Origin: an uncultured Flavipsychrobacter sp.
Lineage (GTDB): Bacteria; Bacteroidota; Bacteroidia; Chitinophagales; Chitinophagaceae
Assembly: GCA_964601855.1 (NCBI GenBank)
Contig: CAZRPA010000001.1
Span: 23,275-87,274, forward strand
Length of the DNA stretch: 64,000 bases
Direction: 5' to 3'
The notes under the pieces are model-generated. The model was not told the DNA's origin, did no database searches, and was given only the letters and a program-made list of their open reading frames with translations. Numbering within the stretch: the stretch's first letter is position 1; each line of letters starts with the position of its first letter. Shown in pieces: positions 15,754 through 25,930 of the stretch. The position numbers and the translations under genes are program-made.

Positions 15754-15770
15754 TACAAACTACTTGCCTC

Positions 15771-16907
15771 ATGAATCGTCTATCACTCCTCGCCATTAGC
15801 TGCATGGCACTTTTGAATGCTTGTTCAGGTGGCCCATCTACGGGCACTGATCAGGTAGACGTATTCGACAAAACTACTATAGAGCGTATAGCGCAGGGCA
15901 GTCGTGAGTTGCAGCAAAAAGCCCTAAAGCAATATGAGGAAGGAACACTAAACCTCAGAAAAGGAAACAACCCATACGATGCTATTGATCTCTTATTGCA
16001 GTCACTCCGCAACTATCCCACAGCTCGCACTTATTTTGAGCTAGGCAATGCTTACGCAAAAGCCAAAAACTACGAAAAAGCTGTAAAAAGTTATGAGCTA
16101 GCAGAACAATTGGGCTTTGCACCAGTGGCCAATGTATTATACAACATGGCATGTGCCTATTCTTTGTTAGAGAAAAAGGAAGAAGCAAGAAATTACCTAG
16201 AGTATGCCATTGAGGCTGGCTATGTAGACAAAAACAACATCATAAACAATCCTGACCTGCAAAATCTGAAAGATTATGGGCTTAATCAGGCATTAGAAAC
16301 AGCTATGAGTGGTGTAGACAATCCTGAAAATGTAGTATGGGATGGTTATGTGCAAAACTTCAAACGGCTAGTACTACCCGTTACACTCGATATCAACTCA
16401 GAAAAAGAACTAAAAGAAAATGATTATATGTCATTCAGCTATGAGCGATATATCACCGAAATGAGGTACAGAGAAAGATTTTCCAGATCCACTGGCGACC
16501 TTTACTATGCATACGGATTAGTAGATGAAAACAGCAACTATATAGCTGTGATATATGCTGAGAAACCTGATTTTGAAATGTCGGCACCATTACCAGCCCG
16601 GTACATACTAGCATCCTACAACAAAAAAGGTGTGCTGATAGATAAGTTGACGGTATGTGGGCAAAAAAAGCCTGAGGACACATTTAGGGTTTGCACTATA
16701 CATCCTAACCTGACAATGCAGATAAGTATGCATATGAACAAATACAAGACCATAGCAGATGAAGATAGATACACGAAGCTAGAGCTAGAATCGTCTGAGC
16801 CGGCAGGTACCTTGTATTATCTGATCAATGAATCTGGAAAATTTGTAGAAACTGGTGCGCCACTGGGTGCTACAGATGTAAAAGGAAGTAAGGTTAGTGG
16901 GTCTTGA
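15771..16907 (+). CDS. TPR-repeat lipoprotein
   Basis: Lipobox LLAISCMALLNAC. TPR-like units (YFELGNAYAKAKNYEKAVKSYELA, YNMACAYSLLEKKEEARNYLEYAIEAG). The C-terminal ~200 aa are unassigned. The 3' end overlaps the convergent gene by 14 nt. Confidence 0.7.
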   Translation: MNRLSLLAISCMALLNACSGGPSTGTDQVDVFDKTTIERIAQGSRELQQKALKQYEEGTLNLRKGNNPYDAIDLLLQSLRNYPTARTYFELGNAYAKAKNYEKAVKSYELAEQLGFAPVANVLYNMACAYSLLEKKEEARNYLEYAIEAGYVDKNNIINNPDLQNLKDYGLNQALETAMSGVDNPENVVWDGYVQNFKRLVLPVTLDINSEKELKENDYMSFSYERYITEMRYRERFSRSTGDLYYAYGLVDENSNYIAVIYAEKPDFEMSAPLPARYILASYNKKGVLIDKLTVCGQKKPEDTFRVCTIHPNLTMQISMHMNKYKTIADEDRYTKLELESSEPAGTLYYLINESGKFVETGAPLGATDVKGSKVSGS

Positions 16908-17529
16908 AGCGGTTTAGCCAGCCTCTACGTATCAGTACTTCTGCAACGAGTAGGTTGATGGTCCAGCTTAGCCAAGCTATGAGTATGTAGGCAGTAACAG
17001 GTCGGATATCTAACCCCAAATACCCTATAAGAAAAGCATAAGCCCTAAGTGTAAGAGCCGACAGAGCTAGTGCATAACTGCGTAGCATGTACTGTGCATG
17101 TGACTGCCATTGCCGCTTATATACATGCCGCATGGCTACCGCAGTAGTGCCCAGCCACAGCAGAGATAGCAGCACAAAGCTAACCCTGGCAGGGGTGCCA
17201 CCATTAGCATAAAACGCCATTACCAGCCCCGTAGGCCCGCTCAACAGCAACACTACTATGCTGTACACATAGCCTGAAAACCGGTGCAACACCCTGTGGC
17301 GGGTAATAAACTGCAACAAGCCTGCGACTAAAACAAGCGTACTGGTGAAAACGTGTATGTAAAAGCTGATGCGCCAATGGGATATGTGGTAGATGTGGGT
17401 TTTGGTGAGCAGAAAGTCAATATTAGGAGCTATGTGTGTGTAGGGCAATGACAACCTCACCATCAGGTATACACCATACAGTATAGCAGCTACAATAAGC
17501 ATAGCCATAACGTTACCGATAGTGCGCAT
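16894..17529 (-). CDS. membrane protein, DUF2306-like
   Basis: 211 aa with ~6 TM segments. The family assignment comes from overall pattern recall only. Confidence 0.6.
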   Translation of the reverse strand: MRTIGNVMAMLIVAAILYGVYLMVRLSLPYTHIAPNIDFLLTKTHIYHISHWRISFYIHVFTSTLVLVAGLLQFITRHRVLHRFSGYVYSIVVLLLSGPTGLVMAFYANGGTPARVSFVLLSLLWLGTTAVAMRHVYKRQWQSHAQYMLRSYALALSALTLRAYAFLIGYLGLDIRPVTAYILIAWLSWTINLLVAEVLIRRGWLNRFKTH

Positions 17530-17537
17530 ATGCTCTG

Positions 17538-18281
17538 CTAATATTGATCTAGTGTTAAAATGCGGTCGTTGCAGTGTAGGGTAGGGGTGTAGTAGTCCGA
17601 TGCTGTATCATACTTTACAGAATCTCTGGCAAAGATGCTGCGGGTTGAAGAAAAGACTTCATTTTCTTCCCAGTCTATAGTGTAACTACCATCTTTTAGC
17701 ACCCAGCTACCATTTACAGTAGTTATTTGGCTCTTATCACCTTTGGCAGAGTCATTGTAAAACTCATAAACACATTGTCCGTTTTGGTCGAATGTGATGC
17801 GGTGCAGACTGTCTGAATAAGATGCATAGTTGTCATAGTAATTTTCAGATTCTGTTTTTTTAATCAATGAAAATGTGACTGGTGACTCTTGTGCATTATT
17901 TCTAGGTGTCCATGTGCCAGACAGTAACAAGGTAGCTTTATCTATTTTTATGTCTAAGTAGCCATCTGTAGGGTTGTTGCCTGGCTGCTTCAGCGATAGG
18001 TGATACACATCGTCTAGCACCTCCATGGGGCCACTTACATTACGCCTTACGCCTTTTAGCAAAGTGTAACCCACCACATTTTTACCAGTCACCTTTCGTA
18101 GGGTCAGGTATATAACATGCTCTCCAAACGCCCCTGAATATACGCCCTCTACTGAGGCATAATCATTGTCTGGCGGGAAAATACTATGTGCAGGCGGCAC
18201 TGTGTAGCGTGTAGATGTACCAGAATTGCAGGCAGAAAATATGATAACTAAAAGCCCAAATACAAGGATATTAAAACGCAT
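17538..18281 (-). CDS. hypothetical lipoprotein
   Basis: ORF 17538-18320. ATG 18281 gives MRFNILVFGLLVIIFSAC. Confidence 0.6.
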   Translation of the reverse strand: MRFNILVFGLLVIIFSACNSGTSTRYTVPPAHSIFPPDNDYASVEGVYSGAFGEHVIYLTLRKVTGKNVVGYTLLKGVRRNVSGPMEVLDDVYHLSLKQPGNNPTDGYLDIKIDKATLLLSGTWTPRNNAQESPVTFSLIKKTESENYYDNYASYSDSLHRITFDQNGQCVYEFYNDSAKGDKSQITTVNGSWVLKDGSYTIDWEENEVFSSTRSIFARDSVKYDTASDYYTPTLHCNDRILTLDQY

Positions 18282-18393
18282 AAGGCATGAGTATAATAAA
18301 GTAAAATAGGTTGTAACCAATGAAAAACAGCTATCAGTGGTGTACCAAAGATAGCTGTTGTAAATATAATGAGATGAAATTATGAGATAAAAA

Positions 18394-19503
18394 CTACTGA
18401 GCTATATCCGCAGGATAGTCTTTATAGCTCCACTTGTTTTGCACCACACCATCTCTCAGTAGCATCAGCCCAGGGTTGGTACGCATTACTGTTTTGCTCA
18501 CAGTACCATCTATTATCAAGAATGGAATATCCTTCATATTCCACGCTTCCTGATAGGTTTCGCAGATGTCTCTACCAGCCGAGCAAGCTACGTAGAAAGG
18601 TATTTTGCGCTCAGCAGCAGTTTTGGCAAGTGCCTTTATTTTGTCTAAATTATCTATATGTGCCTTAGCAGGTTCGCGCAAAAACCATATATATACATAG
18701 CCCTTGGCTGTCATTACATCTTCAGTTATGTCTTCACCATCTTCATCAGTTAGCGAAAAGTCATGTATCTCAGACTGTCCGGTAGCTGGTTTTACCTCCA
18801 CTGATTCTCTCGAAACAAACTTCCAGCTAGGGTCTTTCCAGGGGTAGTTTTCGGCAGTAAACTCTTGTTTTACACCATTTTTTTCATAAACAAATGTGGT
18901 GACAAATTCTGCTTCAGTAGCCCATGGTTCGGGTTTCATTTTCTCCCATATATTGTTGCCCACTTTGTAGGGCAGGCAGTCGTGGTAGGGTAAGTGATGT
19001 AATACCCACCACTGCGACCCTATGGCAAGAAAAGCACCTAATAATACGATAGAGAAGTTGATGGCAGATTTGTTGAATATCGGGAATACTCGGTATCTGA
19101 AAATCCACATAAAGAGCACTGCAGCAGTAAGAGCTATGTCTTTGTAAAAAGTAGCAGTGTTAGATATTTTGATGCAATCACCAAAACAACCACATTCTTT
19201 TATTTTGCCTGAGTACAGCGCATAACCTGTAAGGAAGGTGAAAAAGATGTTGAGCAATAACATTAGGGTCACATATAGTCTGAAGTAGTTGCCTACTATC
19301 ATGGCAAAACCAGCTATTATCTCAAAGGCTATCATGCAAACAGAAAGACCCAGAGAATAGTTGAGCATAAAATTCATGCCCCATACCTCAAAAAATTCAT
19401 TCATTTTGTAGGTAAGACCTAGCGGGTCGTTTGCCTTTACCAACCCGGAAAAGATAAATAACAAACCCACGGCAATCCTGAGAATCCATAAAATTACTTT
19501 CAT
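18394..19503 (-). CDS. DoxX/MauE-family membrane protein fused to a thioredoxin-like domain
   Basis: N-terminal four to five TM segments with the KECGCFGDC motif typical of MauE/DoxX. The C-terminal soluble ~170 aa have a thioredoxin-fold-like pattern (IPFYVACSAG...). Confidence 0.7.
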   Translation of the reverse strand: MKVILWILRIAVGLLFIFSGLVKANDPLGLTYKMNEFFEVWGMNFMLNYSLGLSVCMIAFEIIAGFAMIVGNYFRLYVTLMLLLNIFFTFLTGYALYSGKIKECGCFGDCIKISNTATFYKDIALTAAVLFMWIFRYRVFPIFNKSAINFSIVLLGAFLAIGSQWWVLHHLPYHDCLPYKVGNNIWEKMKPEPWATEAEFVTTFVYEKNGVKQEFTAENYPWKDPSWKFVSRESVEVKPATGQSEIHDFSLTDEDGEDITEDVMTAKGYVYIWFLREPAKAHIDNLDKIKALAKTAAERKIPFYVACSAGRDICETYQEAWNMKDIPFLIIDGTVSKTVMRTNPGLMLLRDGVVQNKWSYKDYPADIAQ

Positions 19504-19698
19504 AACAACTATTGAATATTGAACTAAAAAAAAGAATAATGGGAATCAATTGCAAATATAATCAACCTCAAACTCCATGTATCTACTTCTATCACTAAAA
19601 TTTTAGAAAGCAAATACTTAGGTTTGTCAAACTTACTGCAAGCAGCACAAATTGCAAAGAGAAATAATGGTAGATACAATTAAATAAAACATAAAAGT

Positions 19699-20523
19699 TT
19701 GTTAGAACTATATAGTAGAGAAAAGCAACTAACCATCACTCAGCCCATAGTGATGGGTATACTCAATGCCACTCCCAATAGTTTTTACAACAAAGGCCGA
19801 GGAAATGATGTAGATAGTTTACTCCGTGCCGCTGATACCATGCTGCAAGATGGTGCCACTATACTAGATGTGGGTGGTGCCAGTAGTAAGCCCGGCGAGC
19901 CTATTATTGAACCCGAGGAAGAGCTAAGAAGAGTAATACCCATCATTGCCGCCTTATTGCAAAGACACCCTCATGTATGGATAAGTATAGATACGTACAA
20001 TGCTGTTGTAGCCAAAGCAGCTGTTGACGCTGGTGCAGCTATAGTAAATGACATAAGTGCGGGAGCCATAGACCCCAATATGTTGCCTACCGTAGCAGCG
20101 CTAAAAGTGCCCTATATAGCCATGCACATGCAGGGTACACCAGCCACCATGCAGCTACAGCCACATTACACCCATGTAGTAGCAGAGGTGAAACACCACC
20201 TGAGGCAGGTATGCGACCGCTGTGCTGATGCAGGGATAAATCAGGTAATATTGGACCCTGGTTTTGGGTTTGGTAAGACGGTGGAGCATAATTATGAGTT
20301 GCTCTCTAATTTGGGGGTATTAGCTACACTGGGTAAGCCGATACTGGCTGGTCTGTCGCGTAAGTCTATGGTGTGTAAGCCACTGAAAATAAGCCCTGAG
20401 AATGCCCTCAATGGTACTACAGCCCTCAATATGGTGGCACTGATGAATGGTGCCACCATACTGCGGGTACATGATGTAAAAGAAGCTATGCAAGCAGTAA
20501 CGCTATTTGGTTATATGCAATAG
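19699..20523 (+). CDS. folP: dihydropteroate synthase
   Basis: IVMGILNATPNSFY, ILDVGGASSKPG, ISIDTY, NDISAG and DPGFGFGK are DHPS motifs. The start is TTG, with no in-frame ATG upstream of the conserved MGILN. Confidence 0.9.
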   Translation: MLELYSREKQLTITQPIVMGILNATPNSFYNKGRGNDVDSLLRAADTMLQDGATILDVGGASSKPGEPIIEPEEELRRVIPIIAALLQRHPHVWISIDTYNAVVAKAAVDAGAAIVNDISAGAIDPNMLPTVAALKVPYIAMHMQGTPATMQLQPHYTHVVAEVKHHLRQVCDRCADAGINQVILDPGFGFGKTVEHNYELLSNLGVLATLGKPILAGLSRKSMVCKPLKISPENALNGTTALNMVALMNGATILRVHDVKEAMQAVTLFGYMQ

Positions 20524-20531
20524 CTATTGGT

Positions 20532-21782
20532 TTAGGCTCTCTCTTCCCATATTTGAGATAGATGCACCAATGCTTCTACCGCTTTTTGCATGTCTTGCAC
20601 ACTTACATATTCTTGACGCGAATGGATGCCCATTTCGCCAGTAAACAGATTGGGGCAGGGAAGACCCATAAACGATAATCTGCTGCCATCTGTGCCGCCA
20701 CGTATGCTCATGCGCACTGGCTCTATGCCGGCACGCTGGTATGCTTCACCTGCATAGTCTACCACATGTGGGCAGGTGTCGAGTATTTCTTTCATGTTGC
20801 GGTACTGCTCCTTTACTGCAAATGTCATGCTAGCACCCGGAAACTGTGCCACGGCTGCCTCTGCTATGGCTTTGAGCCTGGCTTCATGCACAGCTAGTTG
20901 TGCAGTATCGAAATCGCGAACTATGAACTGTATTGTGGCTTTTTCTAGTCCACCCTCTATAGCTACCGGATGCACAAAACCCTGCATACCTTCGGTGGTT
21001 TCGGGGCACCACTCCTCTTTGGGCAGCATATCTACAAAGGCAGCGGCTACTTTTATGGCATGCACCATTTTGCCCTTGGCATAGCCTGGGTGGGCACTTA
21101 TACCGTTAAAAGTTACAGTAGCAGCATTGGCAGAGAAGGTTTCGCCCTCTAGGTGGCCACGTTCGCCGCCATCTAGTGTGTAGCCGTAGTGAGCACCCAA
21201 TTGTTCCATATTCACCGCAGCTACACCACGCCCTATTTCTTCATCGGGTGTGAATAATATACGGATTTTGCCATGCTTCACCTCTGGGTGTTGCATCAGG
21301 TAGTTAGCCAGATCCATTATGATAGCCACTCCTGCCTTGTCGTCGGCACCCAGCAGGGTATGACCAGAAGCAGTAATGATGTCGTCGCCTATGCGCTCAG
21401 CAAGGTATGGGTGCTCACGAGTACTTATTACCACACTGTTGTCGTGAGGCAGCACTATGTCTGAGCCGTCCCATGCCTTGTGTAGTATAGGTACTACATT
21501 GGTGCCACTACAGTCTGGTGCAGTATCTACATGCGAGCAGTAACAAAGCACCGGTACATCCTTGGTAGTGGTAGCGGGTATGGTAGCGTATACATACCCA
21601 TGCTCGTCTAGCAGGGCATCGGTGATGCCTATAGCCTGTAGCTCGGTTACCAGTATTCGGCTAAGGTCTTTTTGTTTGGGGGTAGATGGCTGTGAGGGCG
21701 AGTTTGGGTCGCTCTGAGTATCTACCTGTACGTAGCGCATAAACCGCTCTGCTGCTGTATGTGTGTATCCTGAAATGCTCAT
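20532..21782 (-). CDS. pepT: peptidase T (tripeptide aminopeptidase, M20B)
   Basis: 416 aa. FMRYVQVDTQSD, HVDTAPD, GADDKAG and TPDEEIGRG are M20 metal-ligand motifs in the PepT arrangement. Confidence 0.88.
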   Translation of the reverse strand: MSISGYTHTAAERFMRYVQVDTQSDPNSPSQPSTPKQKDLSRILVTELQAIGITDALLDEHGYVYATIPATTTKDVPVLCYCSHVDTAPDCSGTNVVPILHKAWDGSDIVLPHDNSVVISTREHPYLAERIGDDIITASGHTLLGADDKAGVAIIMDLANYLMQHPEVKHGKIRILFTPDEEIGRGVAAVNMEQLGAHYGYTLDGGERGHLEGETFSANAATVTFNGISAHPGYAKGKMVHAIKVAAAFVDMLPKEEWCPETTEGMQGFVHPVAIEGGLEKATIQFIVRDFDTAQLAVHEARLKAIAEAAVAQFPGASMTFAVKEQYRNMKEILDTCPHVVDYAGEAYQRAGIEPVRMSIRGGTDGSRLSFMGLPCPNLFTGEMGIHSRQEYVSVQDMQKAVEALVHLSQIWEERA

Positions 21783-21824
21783 TGTAGTAAATTGTGCCGT
21801 AAATGTAAGTATCTTGGCGGTTGT

Positions 21825-22418
21825 ATGGAAACCTTAGGACTCAGCAAAGTAGATATTTCCCAGATAGTGACGGTGGGTTTTACCTTGTTTGCCGTAATAG
21901 ACATATTGGGGTCGCTGCCTGTAATTATAGGTATAAAGAAAAAAACTGGCGATATCAATGCCTTGCTGGCTACACTGGTATCGGGCGGGTTAATGCTATT
22001 GTTCTTTCTTATCGGCGAAAGGATGTTGCAGTTTATGGGAGTAGATATAAAGTCCTTTGCTATAGCGGGGTCTATAGTGATATTTATTTTAGGTCTGGAA
22101 ATGGTGCTGGGTCTGGAAATTTTCAAACACGACCCCGACGCTAAAACAAGCACTCTTGTGCCTGTTGCTTTTCCGCTTATAGCGGGGTCGGGCACGCTCA
22201 CTACTGTCATGTCGCTAAAGGCGGCTTATGAGTCGTACAATATACTGATAGCTATACTTATCAATCTTATTATCATCTACATCACCCTACGGTCAGTAAA
22301 CCTGCTAGAGCGGCTATTAGGGCCATCAGGTATATTAGTGATACGCAAGTTTTTTGGGGTGATACTGCTGGCAATAGCAGTGAAGATATTTATGAGTAAT
22401 ACAGGCCTCAGAACTTAG
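21825..22418 (+). CDS. MarC family membrane protein
   Basis: ATG 21825 in ORF 21792-22418. FAVIDILGSLPV and AFPLIAGSGT are MarC/UPF0056 signatures. Confidence 0.8.
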   Translation: METLGLSKVDISQIVTVGFTLFAVIDILGSLPVIIGIKKKTGDINALLATLVSGGLMLLFFLIGERMLQFMGVDIKSFAIAGSIVIFILGLEMVLGLEIFKHDPDAKTSTLVPVAFPLIAGSGTLTTVMSLKAAYESYNILIAILINLIIIYITLRSVNLLERLLGPSGILVIRKFFGVILLAIAVKIFMSNTGLRT

Positions 22419-22455
22419 ATTGCGAATTCCTTATTAGCTACTTTATTGTAAGGTA

Positions 22456-22884
22456 CTACTGTGTGTCTGGTTGTTGAGGCACACGCTCTCCTGCTTTCAT
22501 ACGAGATAATGGGTAATATTCATCAGTATACAAGGTAGCTTTGGTGCCACTAAGCCTGTAGTTGTAGTAAGTAGTTTTACTCGTGCAACGGAGGTGTAGC
22601 CGCTCAGCCCTGTACAGTGTTGCGCCTACATAAATATCTACCAAATAACTGCCCTCTGGGAGCAATGGAGAATAGTACATGCCGTCTTCGCCTATACGTA
22701 CCTCTGTAGACTCTTTTTTGTGGGTAAACTTGAGGGTAGCAGCAGGTATTATTTTATTGGTTTCGGTTAGCACTATACCGCTTACCATACATGTTTGTGC
22801 TGGTGCCTTATAGGATATTGCGGTAAGCAGTAGTGCTATAGCCCATTTGCTTGATAGCTTGCCACAGAGACAGATTTTACCCAT
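22456..22884 (-). CDS. carboxypeptidase-regulatory-like domain protein
   Basis: ATG 22884 gives a signal-like N-terminus. VSGIVLTETNKIIPAATLKF....EDGMYYSPLLPEGSYLVDI matches the CarboxypepD_reg fold pattern. Its start overlaps the upstream gene's stop (ATGGGTAA). Confidence 0.6.
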   Translation of the reverse strand: MGKICLCGKLSSKWAIALLLTAISYKAPAQTCMVSGIVLTETNKIIPAATLKFTHKKESTEVRIGEDGMYYSPLLPEGSYLVDIYVGATLYRAERLHLRCTSKTTYYNYRLSGTKATLYTDEYYPLSRMKAGERVPQQPDTQ

Positions 22885-23242
22885 TGAAACGTTTATAAAA
22901 CAAGAGCAGATAAAAACTAAACATACCATCTAATAAAAACAAGCTACTCATGTATGCCTCGCGCTCGTAAACAGTATGTAATAAAAGATAAAGAGAGGTA
23001 TTGGCTAGTGTGAGCAAAATATAAGTGAGTGCTCCCCAGCGTCGCAGATCGCAGGCTGCCACCCAGCAAGTGGTGTAAGCCAGCAGCCACAATACTTGCA
23101 ACCACTCTATACTGCCTACAGATATGTAGCGAAGCCCCCAGATAGTATAGATAAGCCACAATACATGTGCTACAGCCACAAACGGCATGATTTGTGGTGG
23201 CTTGCGAGCTACATCTGTAACAAAGGTTTTGAAATTGCGCAT
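22877..23242 (-). CDS. hypothetical membrane protein
   Basis: 121 aa with ~4 TM segments, translationally coupled to the downstream ORF. Confidence 0.5.
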   Translation of the reverse strand: MRNFKTFVTDVARKPPQIMPFVAVAHVLWLIYTIWGLRYISVGSIEWLQVLWLLAYTTCWVAACDLRRWGALTYILLTLANTSLYLLLHTVYEREAYMSSLFLLDGMFSFYLLLFYKRFNG

Positions 23243-23358
23243 CTAGTACTGGAAAAGGAGAATCTGTTGTAGGTAAAGAATTGGATTAAACTAAAGTGGT
23301 GACAACTGCTGTTATGGTAGTTGTCACCACTAGTATCTGCTATCAATAATGCTATTTA

Positions 23359-24726
23359 CTAACCTTTACTGAATGCATTGAGAATGTCATATTTGGTAAG
23401 GATAGAGTACTGTCCACTTTCATCTTTAGTGAGTACAGCACCATTGTCTTTGTTGATGTAGTGCGTGAGTCGCTCCAATGGAGTTTCTCTGTCTACCAGT
23501 GGTAGAGGGGCATCCATTACCTCAGATACCAACTGTTGTTTTACATCGGTTTCTTCTATCAGCTTACGGAAAAGGCTGCCCTGCGATACTGTACCTACCA
23601 GCTCCAGACCGTTGAGTACCGGTATGTGTTCGATGTCATATTTTTTCATCATTTCCAGTGCAGTTATCACTTGGCTATCGTGTGGAATAGTTACCAGTCT
23701 TCTACGACCCAAGCCATTAATAAGGTCGCCTACAGTATCTACTTCTAGGAAGCCTCTGTCCAGCATCCACTCATCATTATATACCTTGCCCACATAGCGG
23801 GTGCCATGGTCGTGAAATATGAGTACTACTACATCGTCTTTTTTCAACTTGTCTTTAAGCTGACGCAGACCAGCCACTACAGAACCTGCTGAGTAACCTA
23901 CAAAAATACCTTCCTCGCGGGTGATGCGGCGAGCCATTACTGCACCGTCTTTATCTGTTACCTTTTCAAAATGGTCTATTGCGTTGCGGTCGTAGTTTTC
24001 TGGCAAGAAGTCTTCACCAAAACCTTCTGATATATAAGGATGTACCTCGCCCATATCTAGCTCTCCTGTATCGAACCATTTTTTGAGTAAGCTCCCATAA
24101 GAGTCTATAGCCCAAACTTGTACATTGGGGTTTTTCTCTTTTAGGTAAGAACCAGTACCCACTATAGTGCCACCAGTACCCGATGCTACTACCAGATGTG
24201 TTACTTTACCTTCGGTTTGCTCCCATATTTCAGGGCCTGTTTGCTCATAGTGCGCTAGTCTATTAGCCAGATTGTCATATTGGTTTACGTACCAGCTATT
24301 AGGTATTTCATTTTGCAGGCGGCGTGCTACTTGGTAGTAACTGCGAGGGTCTTCTGGTTCTACATTGGTAGGACACACTATTACTTCGGCACCATGTGCC
24401 TTTAGTATATCAACTTTTTCCTTGCTCTGTTTGTCGGTAGTGGCAAAAATACATTTGTAGCCTTTTACAATGGCTGCCAGTGCAAGTCCCATACCGGTAT
24501 TTCCGCTGGTGCCCTCTATAATAGTGCCACCAGGTTTTATTTTTCCTTCGCGCTCTGCTACTTCCAGCATTTTTAGCGCCATGCGGTCTTTGATGCTATT
24601 GCCGGGGTTGAAGGTTTCTACCTTTGCATAAACTTTGCAGGGCAGATCTGCTACGACCTTGTGTAGGCGAACTAGCGGAGTGTTGCCTATTGTCTGGAGG
24701 ATGTTGTCATATACCTTTGCTGGCAT
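23359..24726 (-). CDS. cystathionine beta-synthase (PLP-dependent, with C-terminal CBS pair)
   Basis: GNTPLV, NPGNSIKDR (PLP lysine), GTSGNTGMGLA and GTGGT. The C-terminal ~130 aa form a tandem CBS domain pattern. Confidence 0.85.
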   Translation of the reverse strand: MPAKVYDNILQTIGNTPLVRLHKVVADLPCKVYAKVETFNPGNSIKDRMALKMLEVAEREGKIKPGGTIIEGTSGNTGMGLALAAIVKGYKCIFATTDKQSKEKVDILKAHGAEVIVCPTNVEPEDPRSYYQVARRLQNEIPNSWYVNQYDNLANRLAHYEQTGPEIWEQTEGKVTHLVVASGTGGTIVGTGSYLKEKNPNVQVWAIDSYGSLLKKWFDTGELDMGEVHPYISEGFGEDFLPENYDRNAIDHFEKVTDKDGAVMARRITREEGIFVGYSAGSVVAGLRQLKDKLKKDDVVVLIFHDHGTRYVGKVYNDEWMLDRGFLEVDTVGDLINGLGRRRLVTIPHDSQVITALEMMKKYDIEHIPVLNGLELVGTVSQGSLFRKLIEETDVKQQLVSEVMDAPLPLVDRETPLERLTHYINKDNGAVLTKDESGQYSILTKYDILNAFSKG

Positions 24727-24878
24727 AGTTGTGTAGTTTTGGTTGCTGGTGGCGAAGGTAAGAATTTAGGGTGGGAAAGAGCAACCCTATAATTGTAATA
24801 CAACACACCACTTAACTACTTTTCAAACTGTGATTGCCTTAGTAGCACACAGATAGCTATACTTATCAGCTAAGGTGC

Positions 24879-25847
24879 TTAAATTTTTACTGAAGCTCTT
24901 CTCAATCTGTCGTTCATTGCCCTGCCTATACCTACATCCGGAAAGCGGCGCACTAATATGATTTTGAATCCAGCAGTGTCCATTTCATGCATCGCAGCAT
25001 ATAGATTGTGGGCTGCTTCGTCAAGGTCAGCATTGGGGCTTAGTATGAGCTGTTGCCCACCTGGAATATTTTTTTCGAATTGGCTGAAACATATTATCCC
25101 AATTTCGGTGGTTTTGAATTGCTGCGTATATGCCGAAATATCATCTACCAAATACAAAGGAGTATGAGGTGAATAATGTTGCCCCAGCATGCCGGGTGCG
25201 GCAGGGGCGCTTACATTAGTGCTGTTGTGTATGCGCACCTCTCCTATGGTTTGGTGTAGTTGCTCTATAGATATTCCGCCCAGTCGATATACTACAGGCA
25301 AATCTTCGTCAAAACCTACGATAGTTGATTCGATGCCTGATATACAATCGCCACCATTTAGGATATAGGGTATCAATCCATTAAGTTGCCTTTGTACATG
25401 ATAAGGAGATGTAGGACTGATGTAGCCAAAGATATTGGCGCTAGGAGCAGCCAAAGGGAAACTGAGTGAGGAAAGTAAGTTTAAAGTTAAAGGATGTGCG
25501 GGTATTCTGATAGCAACATTAGGAAGACCGGCAGTAACAATGTCTGGAATACGTGAGTTGCGGGGCAGCAATAATGTAATGGGGCCTGGAGAAAAAGCGT
25601 TTAATAACGTTTGAGCTGCCGGTGGTATGCTGGTAACAATAGACGAAACTGCCTCAATTGAAGCAACATGTACTATGAGTGGATTGTGATGGGGGCGATT
25701 TTTGGTTTTGAAAATCTTACGTACGGCTATTTCGCTCAATGCATTTGCGGCGAGGCCGTAAACTGTTTCGGTAGGAATGGCAACCAAATCATCATTCTCC
25801 AGCAATTTTTTTACCTGCACTAGATCTGTTCCTACTTTAGTATGCAT
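24879..25847 (-). CDS. tsaC: L-threonylcarbamoyladenylate synthase (Sua5/YwlC type)
   Basis: VAIPTETVYGLAANA, KNRP..NPLIVH and APSAN motifs plus a Sua5 C-terminal domain. 322 aa. Confidence 0.85.
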   Translation of the reverse strand: MHTKVGTDLVQVKKLLENDDLVAIPTETVYGLAANALSEIAVRKIFKTKNRPHHNPLIVHVASIEAVSSIVTSIPPAAQTLLNAFSPGPITLLLPRNSRIPDIVTAGLPNVAIRIPAHPLTLNLLSSLSFPLAAPSANIFGYISPTSPYHVQRQLNGLIPYILNGGDCISGIESTIVGFDEDLPVVYRLGGISIEQLHQTIGEVRIHNSTNVSAPAAPGMLGQHYSPHTPLYLVDDISAYTQQFKTTEIGIICFSQFEKNIPGGQQLILSPNADLDEAAHNLYAAMHEMDTAGFKIILVRRFPDVGIGRAMNDRLRRASVKI

Positions 25848-25930
25848 GACGGTAATTACTATAAATTAATTGAACTCCTGCAAGTGATACGGCAGTAAGT
25901 AGAAGGTGTATTTGTTATCTTGAAATATAA

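Noticed and set aside
21779-22210. A 143-aa minus-strand ORF antisense to the MarC gene.
   Set aside because: It is a shadow ORF opposite a gene with clear family motifs, and it has no motif of its own.
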